A stretch of DNA of 64,000 nucleotides from Cyanidioschyzon merolae (Eukaryota). A program made the position numbers and the translations under genes. This document shows, one piece after another, positions 1 to 12,289 of this stretch. Position 1 is the stretch's first letter, and each line of letters starts with the position of its first letter. The stretch lies in NCBI GenBank assembly GCA_000091205.1, contig AP006484.2. The stretch is one strand, 5' to 3'. Under the pieces are notes generated by a model. It was given only the letters and a program-made list of their open reading frames with translations. It was not told where the DNA came from and made no database searches.

Positions 1-774
1 GCGCATGTTTCCCGCGCGCTGTGTGCTGGGCGGTGCCGCTAACATTGCCCCTGCCGAGTCCAGTGCGAAACTAGTCTAAACGATATGTCGTCGGTAACCA
101 GTTTCAGACCCGTACGAGAGCTCCTGTTGACACTGGCACAATGACTGCGAATTGCGACGTACAAGTGCCTGTTGAATCACACGAGTCCCGCTCACGACGT
201 CGCACTCCAACACCTTCACTGAATATCAATAGCAAAAACTCGAGGTCCCAGCGAGTTTCCCAAACAGAATCCACAAACACCGTTCACTCGGTACGCAAAG
301 AAAACCGTCTGACTGGTGCTGGTCCACGCTGCTAGCCCTCGTTGGGCTATCAAACGTACCTACTTCCAAAAACAAGCTGAAGCCGTACCAGCGGTTACCA
401 GACACCCTACGAAGGATATGCCAAGCGCAACGCGACCGCTGCGACGTGAGAATCGAGCTCGCCACACACAAACACACACAGAGGTATATATGCTTGTAGG
501 AAAAAGCGCTTCAAAGTCGTCGACAACGAAGCACACCGCTCTACCCAAACGTAGACACCAAAAGCGAAACACCGCAACGCATCGCAGCGCGTATGGCCGC
601 CTTTGCGATGCGGCGTTTTGAAAATCGATGCCTGTCGCTGGCACATCAGCCGTTTCAAGTGCGTCTGGGGCGCTGCGAGCCTCGCTCCCAGACACTGCAA
701 CGTCATTTGAACGGCAGCAACTGGTATCGTAACTGCCTGTTCCCTCAATCTCTCTATAGAGCTCTCTGTCTGAC

Positions 775-821
775 TGTGTGTTCGTGTGTGTGTGTGTGTT
801 TGTTTGTTTGTTTGTTTGTTG
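775..821. repeat. Compound microsatellite, (TG)n followed by (TTTG)n
   Basis: Direct reading: tgtgtgttcgtgtgtgtgtgtgtgtg followed by tttgtttgtttgtttgtttgtt, just upstream of the TOP2 start. Confidence 0.9.
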
Positions 822-1031
822 GTCGATTGGTTCCGTCATAGACAGTCAGGGTAGACGGTGCTGTTTTTCGGTGTTCGCTTTGTCTGAACGCTGAAGGAAA
901 CCTCCAGACTGGGTGCGTGAACGTCCGGTCGGGCAAGAAACGCAACCTGTAACCAACCGGTGTACTTGTCAACGTAGCTGGTGCGATACGCTGTTGACAC
1001 TGGTGTTTCGAGGTGCGAGCAATCCGAAAGC

Positions 1032-4000
1032 ATGAACACAAGCTCGGCGAGTTCGGCGCTATCCTCGACGGCTTCGAGGCCCAAGTCCATAGAAGAAACG
1101 TATCAGAAGCTGTCTCAGTTGGAGCACGTGCTCTTGCGTCCAGATACGTATATAGGGTCGACCCAGCGGACGAGTGAGAAGCTGTGGGTGCTCGACGATA
1201 CCATAGCGGAGGAGGGTGCATCCCAGGGAAGCTCGCGTCGTGTTGTATTTCGCGATGTGTCGTACGTTCCAGGCCTGTACAAGATATTCGACGAGATTCT
1301 TGTCAACGCCGCGGATCATAAACAGCGTGACCCAACGCTCGACGAGATTCGCGTTGACGTAGATGCTGAAAACAATCGCATCACGGTCTATAACAACGGC
1401 TCGGGGATTCCGGTTGAGATTCACAGCAAGGAAGGGTGCTACGTTCCGGAACTCATTTTCGGCCACCTGCTTACGTCGAGTAACTACGATGATGAGGAAC
1501 GGAAGGTCACAGGCGGCCGGAATGGTTTCGGGGCGAAGCTTGCAAACATCTTTAGCACAGAGTTTATCGTAGAGACTGCGGATGGTCGTCACTGCTTTCG
1601 TCAGGTGTTCCGCTCGAACATGCAGCGGTGCGAGGAGCCTCAGATAAGGCCGTGCTCCGCGAAAGACAATTACACAAGAGTATCATTCGTGCCGGATCTA
1701 CAGCGGTTTGGCATGAATGCGCTCGATGCGGATACGCTGGCGCTCATGGAGAAACGCGTCCACGATATTGCCGGATGCAATCCTGGCGTGAAGGTGTACT
1801 GGAACGGTTCTCGCCTGCCCATCCGCTCATTCCGCGACTACATCAAACTCTATCTGGCCGAACGCGAGGACACCAGCTTTGTTTACGAACGCGGGCATGA
1901 ACGCTGGGAGCTGGCAGTTGCGCCTAGCGATGGCCAGTTTCAGCAAGTCAGCTTCGTGAATTCTATTTGGACAATCAAAGGAGGCACGCATGTCAATCAT
2001 ATTGCAGACCAGATCGTGAATGCGGTCCTGGAGCATCTCAGTCGGAAGCACAAAAACCTCAAAGTGAAACCTTTCCAGGTGCGTAACCACCTATGGTTGT
2101 TCGTGCGTTGCTTGATCGAGAATCCCGCCTTTGATAGCCAAACGAAGGAGACGTTGACATCGCGGCCTCAGTCGTTCGGATCTCGCTGCGAACTAAGCGC
2201 AGAATTCACGCGCAAACTGCTCCGGAGCGATATCATCGGGAACGTGCTCGAGTTTGCTCGTTTTCGACAGGATGCTGAGCTCAAAAAAACCGACGGGGGT
2301 AAGCGCCAACGCGTGCTCGGTATTCCAAAGCTCGATGACGCCAACAAGGCCGGAACCCGTGAGTCCGCCAAGTGTACCCTCATTCTCACCGAGGGCGATT
2401 CGGCCAAGGCGCTCGCTATTTCGGGGCTCTCCGTTGTTGGTCGCGACTACTACGGCGTCTTTCCACTGCGAGGCAAACTCCTGAACGTCCGAGAGGCCAC
2501 ACACAAACAAATCATGGAAAATACTGAAATCAATCTCCTCAAAAAGATCCTGGGGCTCCAACACGGCAAGGAGTACGATCAGGATAGCGTTCGGCAACTC
2601 CGATACGGCCACGTGATGATCATGACTGATCAGGATCACGATGGATCTCATATCAAGGGCCTGTTGGTGAATTTTTTTCACCACTTTTGGCCTTCGTTGC
2701 TCCGCATCCCAGGATTTCTACTGGAGTTCATCACACCGATTGTGAAGGCGACTGCAAAGCGCGGAGAACGCCTTGAAGAGGTGGTGTTCTTCACGATTCC
2801 CGAATACCAGCAGTGGCGACAGTCCCAGAGCAGCCTCCGAGGATGGACCATCAAGTACTACAAAGGTCTGGGTACATCGACCGCTGCTGAGGCACGAACC
2901 TATTTCAGTAACCTGTCCCGTCACCAGATTCCTTTTGTCTGGCAAAATCACGCTGACTACGAGTCGATCGAACTTGCATTTAGCAAGCACAAAGTCCAGG
3001 AGCGGAAGGACTGGCTTGCTGCCCACAAACTCGGCACATACTTCGACCACGCCGCCGATACGCTCACCTATGCGAACTTTGTGCACAAAGAGTTGGTGCT
3101 GTTCTCTCTCGCCGATAACGCCCGTTCTATCCCGTGCCTCATCGACGGTCTGAAACCCTCCCAGAGAAAAGTGCTCTTTGCTTGTTTCAAGCGCAAACTC
3201 TATCAGGAGATCAAGGTTGCCCAGTTGGCCGGTTATGTAAGCGAGCACGCTGCGTATCATCATGGTGAGGCGAGTCTTATGGCCACGATCATAGGACTCG
3301 CCCAAAACTTTGTGGGCTCGAACAACCTGAACCTTCTGGTTCCTGCGGGCCAGTTCGGTACGCGGCTATCTGGTGGTAAGGATGCAGCCTCACCTCGTTA
3401 CATCTTCACATGTCTCGCTCCGGTTGCACGTGCGCTCTTTCCCGAGGCCGATGATGTGCTTCTCGAGTACCTCGAGGAGGACGGCCTCTCCATTGAGCCC
3501 AAATGGTACTGCCCCGTCATTCCGCTCGTGTTGGTGAACGGCGCTGAAGGTATTGGAACTGGGTGGAGCACCAACATTCCGTGTCATAATCCCCGGGATC
3601 TCGTGCGTATACTCCGAAGCATGCTACTGGAGTCGCACGGCGCTCTGGATGCAGATAACGAAAGCGCGACGCTGGTGCCGTGGTATCGCGGCTTTCGCGG
3701 TTCCATTGTCGCTGTACCGCATCATCCGACGAACTATGAGGTGTTTGGTTGCATGGCTCGATCGTCGGACGGGCGTGTTCGCATACGCGAACTGCCACTG
3801 CGCACCTGGACGCAGCCGTACAAGGAATGGCTGGAAACGCTCGTCGTTGGCAACAGCAGCACGAGTAGCAGTAGTAGTGGTAGTGGTAGTAGCGCGTCGT
3901 CTGCTGCGCAGCAGACGAGCCGACCCTTCCTCAAAGAGGTCGCCGACAACAGCACCGAGACGCTGGTGGACTTTACGCTCCACTGGGCGAATGGCGCAGA

Positions 4001-5762
4001 ACTGGAACAAGCAGATGCAGCAGCGCTTTTCAAGAAGCTGCATCTCAGCGGTTCGCTTTCTACCGCCAACATGGTGCTCTTCGACTCCAACGGACGCATA
4101 CGTCGTTACGATACCATCCAACAGATACTGGTTGAATTCTACCAGATGCGACTCGAGCTTTATCGAAAACGCCAAGCGTGGATAGTTCGCGCTCTGGAAC
4201 GTGAGCTCATCCGTCTCGATAACAAAGTGCGCTTCATTATGGCGGTGATCGAGAACCAGATCATCATTGCGAATCGGAAGCGCAGCGAACTACTCGACGA
4301 ACTGCATCAACGCAACTTTGCCCGTTTGCCTACCGGCAACAATGCAGACCGTGAGCAACGCGTTTCCGAGGCAGCGTCTGGTGACGGAACTCCAGACGGC
4401 ACGTCTAGCGATCAGGTTGGTGGTAATGGTGTCCATGCTGATCACCCGAAGGATGCAACCGGATACGATTACCTGCTGAGCATGCCGCTGTGGAGCTTGA
4501 CCAGAGAGCGCGTGCAGGAACTGCAGCGCCAGCACCAGGAGAAAGCGGCAGAGCTGGCGCGCATGCAAGCCACTCGGCCGTCGGAGTTATGGCTCGACGA
4601 TCTGACACGTCTGGAGCAAATCCTCGACCGCATCGATAGCGAACTCGCACAGGATGCCCAAGACGCCAAGCGAACGCGTCGTGCGCCCAGGGCTGGTCGC
4701 GGACGTGCACGCCATGCCGCTGCCGCTGCCGCTACCAGCAACCGTACCAGCGTCGATGACGACGATGACAGCAATGACGACGACGACGACAAAGATGCGA
4801 CGTTCGTGCCCGTACCGACCCCGGTGCCGGGCGCAACGGCAGTGCGACGCGGAAGACGCCAGAGCACACGCTGCACGACCGCCGTGGCAGACACGCGCAG
4901 CCAGGCGGACGATGCGTCAAGCACGTGCACAAGTTCGAGTCTCGTGGGCATCGATGATCGCGAAAGCGGCGAGACAGAGGTCAACGTTCGCGAGCATGTG
5001 CAGCGCGTACGCCAGGAAGCAGGCACCGCTGGTGCCGCGGACGCGAGTGCACTGGCGACGATGCGTATCGCCTCTGCTTCTGATCGTGCAACCACGACAA
5101 GGCTCGCGCGTCAAGGCCAACGCAAGAACAGGGATACAGGGGCTGTAGCGCCCCGACGGCACCCAGTGCCGCCGCCCTTGAACACGTTCGCAGGCGCCGC
5201 TGCCCTGAACTCGAGTGATACGCAACGCGACACAGACGCCACGCCCGCTCATTCAGCGAGTCTGAGTACCAGGGCGGAGCGCTCGCTCAGTGAACGACTC
5301 GCAGCGCGTCTGCGTATTGCGAGCGACACGAGCGGGAGCGCTATGCCCAGCGTTGCGCACGCCACTGGCGGTTCGGTCACATCTCGCAAAGATGCGGACG
5401 CCGTTTCCGAGACCGCTGCGAGCTACGAAGCGCACTGGCAGCCTCGCTCATCGGAGGAGCGTTCCAGAGAGACGGCAAAGCAGGCGGCATGCTCGGCACT
5501 CGGCGGTGCAGGTCGTGGAGCAGGGCGCGCACGGCGTCCTGCGCCGCGTGTCCTGCCCTCTGACGACGACGACGACGACGACGAGTCGAGTGACGGAGCG
5601 GTACGCACACGGCGCTCGCGTGCCGGAGCAGGAGCACGACTCGCAAACGAGCATGATGATGATGATGATGACAACGACGACAGTGAACATAGCGTCATTG
5701 ATGTCGACGATGACGATGACGATGAATTCATTCCCTCCGAAGACGATAACGACGATGAGTAG
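1032..5762 (+). CDS. TOP2: DNA topoisomerase II (type IIA), with a ~550-aa low-complexity acidic/Ser/Ala/Arg-rich C-terminal tail
   Basis: Continuous 1593-codon ORF. Motifs: LEHVLLRPDTYIGS (ATPase N-terminus), GGRNGFGAKL, TOPRIM EGDSAKA and QDHDGSHIKGL, and the catalytic-Tyr region QLAGYVSEHAAYHHGE. The track start at 981 is GTG; the first in-frame ATG is 1032 (MNTSSAS...). The tail ends in poly-Asp runs. Confidence 0.9.
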   Translation: MNTSSASSALSSTASRPKSIEETYQKLSQLEHVLLRPDTYIGSTQRTSEKLWVLDDTIAEEGASQGSSRRVVFRDVSYVPGLYKIFDEILVNAADHKQRDPTLDEIRVDVDAENNRITVYNNGSGIPVEIHSKEGCYVPELIFGHLLTSSNYDDEERKVTGGRNGFGAKLANIFSTEFIVETADGRHCFRQVFRSNMQRCEEPQIRPCSAKDNYTRVSFVPDLQRFGMNALDADTLALMEKRVHDIAGCNPGVKVYWNGSRLPIRSFRDYIKLYLAEREDTSFVYERGHERWELAVAPSDGQFQQVSFVNSIWTIKGGTHVNHIADQIVNAVLEHLSRKHKNLKVKPFQVRNHLWLFVRCLIENPAFDSQTKETLTSRPQSFGSRCELSAEFTRKLLRSDIIGNVLEFARFRQDAELKKTDGGKRQRVLGIPKLDDANKAGTRESAKCTLILTEGDSAKALAISGLSVVGRDYYGVFPLRGKLLNVREATHKQIMENTEINLLKKILGLQHGKEYDQDSVRQLRYGHVMIMTDQDHDGSHIKGLLVNFFHHFWPSLLRIPGFLLEFITPIVKATAKRGERLEEVVFFTIPEYQQWRQSQSSLRGWTIKYYKGLGTSTAAEARTYFSNLSRHQIPFVWQNHADYESIELAFSKHKVQERKDWLAAHKLGTYFDHAADTLTYANFVHKELVLFSLADNARSIPCLIDGLKPSQRKVLFACFKRKLYQEIKVAQLAGYVSEHAAYHHGEASLMATIIGLAQNFVGSNNLNLLVPAGQFGTRLSGGKDAASPRYIFTCLAPVARALFPEADDVLLEYLEEDGLSIEPKWYCPVIPLVLVNGAEGIGTGWSTNIPCHNPRDLVRILRSMLLESHGALDADNESATLVPWYRGFRGSIVAVPHHPTNYEVFGCMARSSDGRVRIRELPLRTWTQPYKEWLETLVVGNSSTSSSSSGSGSSASSAAQQTSRPFLKEVADNSTETLVDFTLHWANGAELEQADAAALFKKLHLSGSLSTANMVLFDSNGRIRRYDTIQQILVEFYQMRLELYRKRQAWIVRALERELIRLDNKVRFIMAVIENQIIIANRKRSELLDELHQRNFARLPTGNNADREQRVSEAASGDGTPDGTSSDQVGGNGVHADHPKDATGYDYLLSMPLWSLTRERVQELQRQHQEKAAELARMQATRPSELWLDDLTRLEQILDRIDSELAQDAQDAKRTRRAPRAGRGRARHAAAAAATSNRTSVDDDDDSNDDDDDKDATFVPVPTPVPGATAVRRGRRQSTRCTTAVADTRSQADDASSTCTSSSLVGIDDRESGETEVNVREHVQRVRQEAGTAGAADASALATMRIASASDRATTTRLARQGQRKNRDTGAVAPRRHPVPPPLNTFAGAAALNSSDTQRDTDATPAHSASLSTRAERSLSERLAARLRIASDTSGSAMPSVAHATGGSVTSRKDADAVSETAASYEAHWQPRSSEERSRETAKQAACSALGGAGRGAGRARRPAPRVLPSDDDDDDDESSDGAVRTRRSRAGAGARLANEHDDDDDDNDDSEHSVIDVDDDDDDEFIPSEDDNDDE

Positions 5763-6153
5763 GGCGCCTAGGCTCGCATCATGCGGCTGTCGCTGCGACC
5801 GGGGCAGCGCAACCCGCACTTGCGCCCGCTTGTCCGACGCTCCTACCGATACGCTTGTTTTCCCGAATGACGGCATTGGATGCAGTGCACACACCTGTAT
5901 AAACAAGTCGGAAACGCTTCCATCGAGCAGCATCGCGAGCGTCTGGTGACCCCACCCCCCGAGTCCATCGTAAACGCGGGAGCGCGTGCCGGGTCGGTGC
6001 ACCGTACCCAACCGGCAGCAGTTGCACCACTACCAGTTCGAGTGCTTCTCGCCGACGGCGTGCGGGGTACCACCGCCTGGTTCATGCGTCCGAGAACACA
6101 GTCTCGCTGCTCCGATACGCGGCGCTGTCAAGACGAACGCCAGCCCGGATCAA

Positions 6154-6630
6154 CTACGGCTGTTGTTGAGCATGCTGGAGTGTCCACTCGCGTGCTGTCC
6201 GGTCGAAGGCTGCGCGATTTGTCCGAAACACGCGTGCAACATCAGCTTCGAGTGCATCATGGGGGTTCGGTTCAACCAGTAGTTGCTGCAGTGCCGCGAG
6301 GACGGCGATAAGGTTCGCGCTGGGTCGCCAGCTCCCCTGCGGCGGCATCTGCAGCAAGTCGAGACAAACTCTCCCAGCGCTATCGATGTTCGGATGATAG
6401 ACCCGAGTCTGGAATCGAACGATGGGTGGTTCAAAGGGGTACCGCTCTGGTACGGTGACCTCGACACGAAAGCGCCCGCCTGCGTACGGCGTGTCGGGGG
6501 CGCCCTCTATCAGCGCCTCGAAGACTTCGAGCGAGTCCGGCGAGCGCGGCCAAGCGTGAACATACGGGGGCGGTTGTCGTTGCAGGATGTCCCATTCACG
6601 TTGTAAACGTTTCTCCCGAACCAGAGACAT
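6154..6630 (-). CDS. UBE2T: Ubiquitin-conjugating enzyme E2, UBE2T-like
   Basis: 158 aa with an ATG start at 6630. UBC fold with HPNIDSAGRVCLDLL (active-site Cys). Strong similarity to UBE2T in the blocks TPYAGGRFRVEVTVPERYPFEPPIVRF and WRPSANLIAVLAALQQLLVEPNPHDAL. Assignment is from recalled family sequence. Confidence 0.8.
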   Translation of the reverse strand: MSLVREKRLQREWDILQRQPPPYVHAWPRSPDSLEVFEALIEGAPDTPYAGGRFRVEVTVPERYPFEPPIVRFQTRVYHPNIDSAGRVCLDLLQMPPQGSWRPSANLIAVLAALQQLLVEPNPHDALEADVARVFRTNRAAFDRTAREWTLQHAQQQP

Positions 6631-6978
6631 AAACGCGTTCGGACGTTGTGGCGCTCTGCACGGTACAGCAGCAGAGCGGCAAAGTGCGCGCCAAACGCGC
6701 AGCGTATCGACGTCGTGGAACTGCCCGCTCGGACTCGCGTACGGACGACGAGCGTTCTTGGTTCGGTACTAGACGCTGCACGGTACGCGCTGTGTATACC
6801 ACAGAGCAGTAAAGTGTTCCATTGCGTACGTTCCAGTTGCAGATAATGATGGTAATGCTTCCGATACCATCGTGCAAGGTGTGTATGGATGCGCGTACAC
6901 TCCATGCGTGATACCGCGCAGCGTGCAACTGCGAGACGGACAGACTGCACGTATGCGGGCACGGTGAAGAGCTCTGGT

Positions 6979-7005
6979 GCCTGCCTGCCTGCCTGCCTGC
7001 CTGCC
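6979..7005. repeat. (CTGC)n tetranucleotide microsatellite in the divergent E2 promoter region
   Basis: Direct reading: ctgcctgcctgcctgcctgcctgcc. Confidence 0.9.
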
Positions 7006-7428
7006 CAAGAAACATCCTAGAGCGATGTGATGACGGTGTTGTATCCGCATTGGCGCGTGGAGGACGCTCGCGGATGCAGCAAGCAGACATCGACATCGGC
7101 ACCGGATGGAAAACACGAAACGCTACGTACATCCAAAGGCAAGTACGGGGCATGGACGTCTCATGAAGCAAGTCCGACGCTCTCCCTATCACCGATACCC
7201 CTTGCAAAGTTTAGCATCTCTGGTTCAAGGACACGATCTGTCTGACAAAAAGCAAAGTGTCACTCTACGGGATCATCAACATCATTATCGACATCACTAC
7301 CAGTATCAGTGAGATGATTGGTAGCGTGCTAGGGCAGCGCGGCAAAACGCTGCTGCGCTCGTTCAAATGCGCGCGCGCTCACCATGCGTGCAGCGCTGCT
7401 GCTGAACGAGCGCAAACGCACCTGCTGC

Positions 7429-7545
7429 TCCTACAGTTGCTACTTTTGTTCCTACAGTTGCTACTTCTATTCTTACAGATACTACTGCTGCTATTCTTAC
7501 AGTTACTCTTGTTGCTCCTGTAGTTGCTGCTGTTGCTCCTGTTTT
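7429..7545. repeat. Imperfect ~21-24-bp tandem repeat (tcctacagttgctactt...), about five units
   Basis: Direct reading of successive units tcctacagttgctacttttgt / tcctacagttgctacttctat / tcttacagatactactgctgctat / tcttacagttactcttgttgc / tcctgtagttgctgctgttgc. Lies in the 5' region of the UBE2E-like gene. Confidence 0.7.
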
Positions 7546-7638
7546 GTAAACAGGTGTGCAAGCGACTGCTCCTGGAAGCGTCGTTGCAATACGTTTGGGT
7601 CACGTCGGGGCTAGTCGTGTCGCGTTTCGTTTTCGTGA

Positions 7639-8208
<570 letters not shown>

Positions 8209-11200
8209 TGGGCACCATCAGCCGAGAAACGCCCCCCGCAGACGACATGCCGCTGCACCGCAGCCGCGGCGTATTCGTCGCGGACGCACAACATGGCGGT
8301 GTGCATGGATAACGGGGTGTTTTAGGGCAAGTGTGTATGTGTGTGCCTATGGGTTTGTGGATGTGGTGCACAGCACGCGCGCGCTTACGGAACCTGTTAT
8401 CCCTAGTTCAGAGGTGAACGCGGCGGCGGCGAGTGTGTTCACAAGGCGCCCTCGTAAGCTCACGTCTGATGAATATGGAGCACTAAACTACTCGCTGTGT
8501 TCATGTGCTGCGATTCTTTTCTGATCACGCTTAGATGTACAGCCTCGACATTCGACGTACAGGCAAGCGGGTTTCAGGATGCTTACATGGTTTTCGGACC
8601 GTTGGTCATCTGTTCGGAGTGGCACGCTCGACGCTTTGTCTGTGGAGTTCGTGACGTCACTGAAATCAAGTTGATTCGTACCGCCATCAAAAGTCGGTAC
8701 GTAAAGTAACCGAAATCATCCTTCAGTCTATATGTACGAGGCTCCACGCTGCTCCATTCCTTACGGATAGCGTGCTCAGACTACGAACGCTTCAAGCCTT
8801 CGATCATTCTGCACCAAGGCAGTAGGCGAGCGCATCCATTCGCGCTGCTTGGCCGTCTAGGAAACGAAAACGCGACAAGCTCTCTTGAAGAGAGCATCAG
8901 AGGCCCACGCCGAGCGTTCACTGAACTACCCATCTCAAATGATCGATTTCATTCGAAAAGCAAATGCTTATTGTTTCATTGCGGTCGACGACAACCCGTT
9001 CGACAGCTGCCGCACGACATCTCCTATAGGATGTGTTCCCAGAGGGCCCGCCTATTCCGTTGTGCTTGGAAAGGGTCTTGGGCACGGGCGCGCGTCTTTG
9101 TATCGAGCGATGCTTCCAAGCGGGGCGTTCGTCATCGCCTTGGTCGAATAGAGCCTAGTAAACGGACCGGTGTTACTCCGTTTGGCCTTCAGCCAGGATG
9201 CTCCGTCCGGTACAAGGAAGATCTTGGGTAAAAACAGGTACTGTGCATGAAATCCATCAGAGAACAGAGGATGGATGAGCCAGCCTATGCGGTCGGCTTC
9301 ATCTCCATGGCTCAACCTGCCTGGGAATGTTTCCGGGGCTGTGCAGCATGGATTCCGGGAGCCTATGCAAGTTTCGGTACCTTGGCTCATCCTTGGTACA
9401 AAATGAGGCTGGATGCTTCAGGCGAAGCGACTCGATCGAGCGGGCTTATTGGAACTAGTTTACGCAATTCGTTGTTGTTCGGAAATCGCGGATTTCCGAA
9501 GCGGCATCAATAAAAAAGTTGAACAATGAGCAAAGAATGAATATAGACTGCATGTTTATCAACAAAGGCGTACAACCCAAGCACATCAGATATCCCAGTG
9601 AAGTAACTGTGTACGAGTAATAGAGAAATCCAAGAGTGTTCTGAAGACACGAGCGTACCGCGCCCAGAGACTGTCGCCAGTGCAGGACGGGAGGTCGTCC
9701 CGCACAAAGCGCATCGCTTGAGCGCGCTGTCGGACGAGGTGCTGCTGGTGCGGCTCCGCTACGACACTACGAGTGTAAAGCGAGACTGCGAATCGTAGAC
9801 GGTCGTGCCGGACCACATCGTCCGCGTAGAAGAATATGTACAGTTTTTTGGCAGCAAGCTCCAGCAGCGTGCTTACCCGGTTCACATGCCAGCGCATTTC
9901 CGCTGCAGCGAGGAATCCGTAAAAGCGGACAAGTTCGTCGAGGCGCTGTTGACACGGACGGATTTTCATGCCCTCATGCCTGCCCGAGCACACATCGGAT
10001 GCTCCTCATGTCCGCCGCCTGCACTTCTCGATGCCGAACGCGCTTTGTTTCCCAGGTTGAGCGAATTTGTGGTTGTCGAGCGCCTCGTTCGCTCGGTGAC
10101 GCAATGCGGCCTGGGGAACCCAAACAAGTACTTTGGGAAATAAATACGCACGACGAACCTGAAGCAGATCAGGGTTCATCTTCGCAGGCACTCCATGGAT
10201 TCGATGACGTGGAAGCGAACGCATGACGAGTCGGTCATCCGCCTGGATAGCATGCACGAGCTCGTGGGGACCAGCGCTCCTCCAAAGTCCATAAAGGGGA
10301 GGATGCGGAGCGCTCGATGACGCCCTGTCGAGTCCTGCGCAAAGTCGGAGACGCCGAGCAGAGGATGGTGATGTCGCCTGCGAGAAAGCCGCCGAGGCAA
10401 GCCATCCTGCTTCGGCATCGAGCGTGCTGTTTAACAACCACTGAAAGGAGCAGATTTGCGCCTTTTTTGGAATGCATCTCGCCGTCGATGGTACCGGCCT
10501 CGCGATTCGCACAGTTCTCACTTCGTCGTGGAGCGTGCGCCTGCGCAACAACGAGGCAGAAACGTCCGATGGAGAATAGGATCGTCGAAGAAGAAGAGGC
10601 GCTTATCGAGCACATGGATTTCATGAAGCGAACTGCGGATAATTCGCCCGAGGCTTTAAGGGAATTTGTGATCCGCCAAATAGATGAAAAGCGCCAGAAG
10701 CTCAAAAAACTTCGAACAAGAAGTAAAACGGGATGATCCAGAAGCTAGCTTTCTAGCGAGCAGACGTGGTGTCCTCTTTCGAGAGGGATGCTGTGGCGGT
10801 GTCCGTCGTCGTCGATGGTAAACGCGGTTCTTGCTTCCCGGTGCGCGCAGAGCTCTGACGCATCCCTGCACACGAGAGGGCATTCAAGGAGAAGCAACGA
10901 CCAGAACAGAGGTATGACCTCGAGAATGTACGCCCATTTGAGGTTGGGCCCGGCCTGCACCCAGGGATCGCGTACCTCTGCGTCTGCGTTTCCCTCAAAT
11001 CAGGAAAACCGTCGGGTTCCTGTGTCGAAGCTGATGAGGGTCTGGAGGCGGGCGTCACGGACTCTGCAACTTGAACGTCCAGTCGCCAGTTCGATTCGCA
11101 CGCCTCGTCTTTACGTCACAGAAGAGGGGAACGAATGAAAGACTGGTACAAGGAGCGAGCGAAATACGTGTCCACGGAAAGCTCCGCTCGCATCGTTGCA

Positions 11201-12226
11201 AGTGAACCGCACATGTGGACACCATACCCCCGCGAGTGTACAAGGGACCTCGATGTTCGCCACGCTCATCGGCATGTTCTGCTACGAAGGATACGCAGAA
11301 AATCGAATAGCCTGCAAGGAAGCGGACGATGCGTTCTCGCGTGGAACCGCATGCGCTTGTGCGTTCAGCGGACAGCGTACTCGCCGACGGTATCGCGCAA
11401 CAGGCGCCTGTGAGCCGCGGGTTGCGGCAGCGGTGTCGGGAATCGGAGAACGACGTCAGCGGCAGGCTCTCGTACCCGTCAAAGGCATGTCATAAGTGAT
11501 GGACACAGCGTCCATGTGAAACAGGGCAGTATCCAGTAGAAAAGCAGGCGCGTTGCTGGGTTTACGCAAACCCCTGACCCATCCGATTGTCATCGGTTTG
11601 GCGGGCGCACCACAGCGCTCCTAGAAACAACATGAAAACGGCAAGAAATGCGTAGATGGCATATTCGGACGTTGCGAGAAGGGCGTCGACGTTGGCACCA
11701 AGCGAGTGCAGTCGACACTTGAGCACCGCTACCAGCAGCCACCGGCTATGAAGCGTACAGCAAGAGCGCAAGGTATTACCGGCGTTTTTAAAGGCGGAAA
11801 TAAGCGAATGGAAAAGAGAGCGGCCACAGAAACCCCCAGCGAAATCCCGGTTTCGATGTCAGTGGAAAACGTTGCTATGTACACGAGTCAGCTAGGTGGA
11901 CGCGTTCTATGCGCTACGAACATCGGCATCGATCGCACGAGTCTGCCGCCGCGTCAACGTCGGGCGTTCGGCGCTGGGCGCCGCGCGTGCGCGAACCAGA
12001 GCCCCGCTCATCAGGCGGCACACGGATCGCAGATGGCCGGCGCTGGTGTCGCGGCAGGGCGCGGCGCACCCAGCCCTGGGCGATTGATTCATCAGGTTCC
12101 GTAACATCCATAAATATTCACGTATGATCTATGAAATGCAAAGTTGTTCAGGTTTTGATCGGGGCCTAGACGGCGCCATCCCGGCCCAATGCGTCGTCCG
12201 TACGAGTCGCATTGCCATTCCTCCTT

Positions 12227-12245
12227 GTGTGTGTGTGTGTGTGTT
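12227..12245. repeat. (TG)9 microsatellite ~45 bp upstream of the RPL18 ATG
   Basis: Direct reading: tgtgtgtgtgtgtgtgtg. Confidence 0.9.
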
Positions 12246-12289
12246 GTGCGCCTGCTTCACCAGGCAGAAGAAAACGACCAGGTTACAAC

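Noticed and set aside
3390-5650. Numerous 60-210-aa ORFs in other frames and the antisense strand overlapping TOP2 and other large genes
   Set aside because: GC-rich coding DNA produces long stop-free alternate frames. They have low-complexity translations and no motifs.
8531-8552. 22-mer tagatgtacagcctcgacattc resembling tagacgtacagcctcgacgctc at 18269
   Set aside because: 19 of 22 matches without extended flanking similarity. Expected by chance several times in a 64-kb x 64-kb comparison.
10317-10736. 139-aa ORF ending in a charged helical segment (MENRIVEEEEALIEHMDFMKRTADNSPEALREFVIRQIDEKRQKLKKL)
   Set aside because: Plausible as a small protein, but no identifiable family and no supporting signal. 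Left unannotated.
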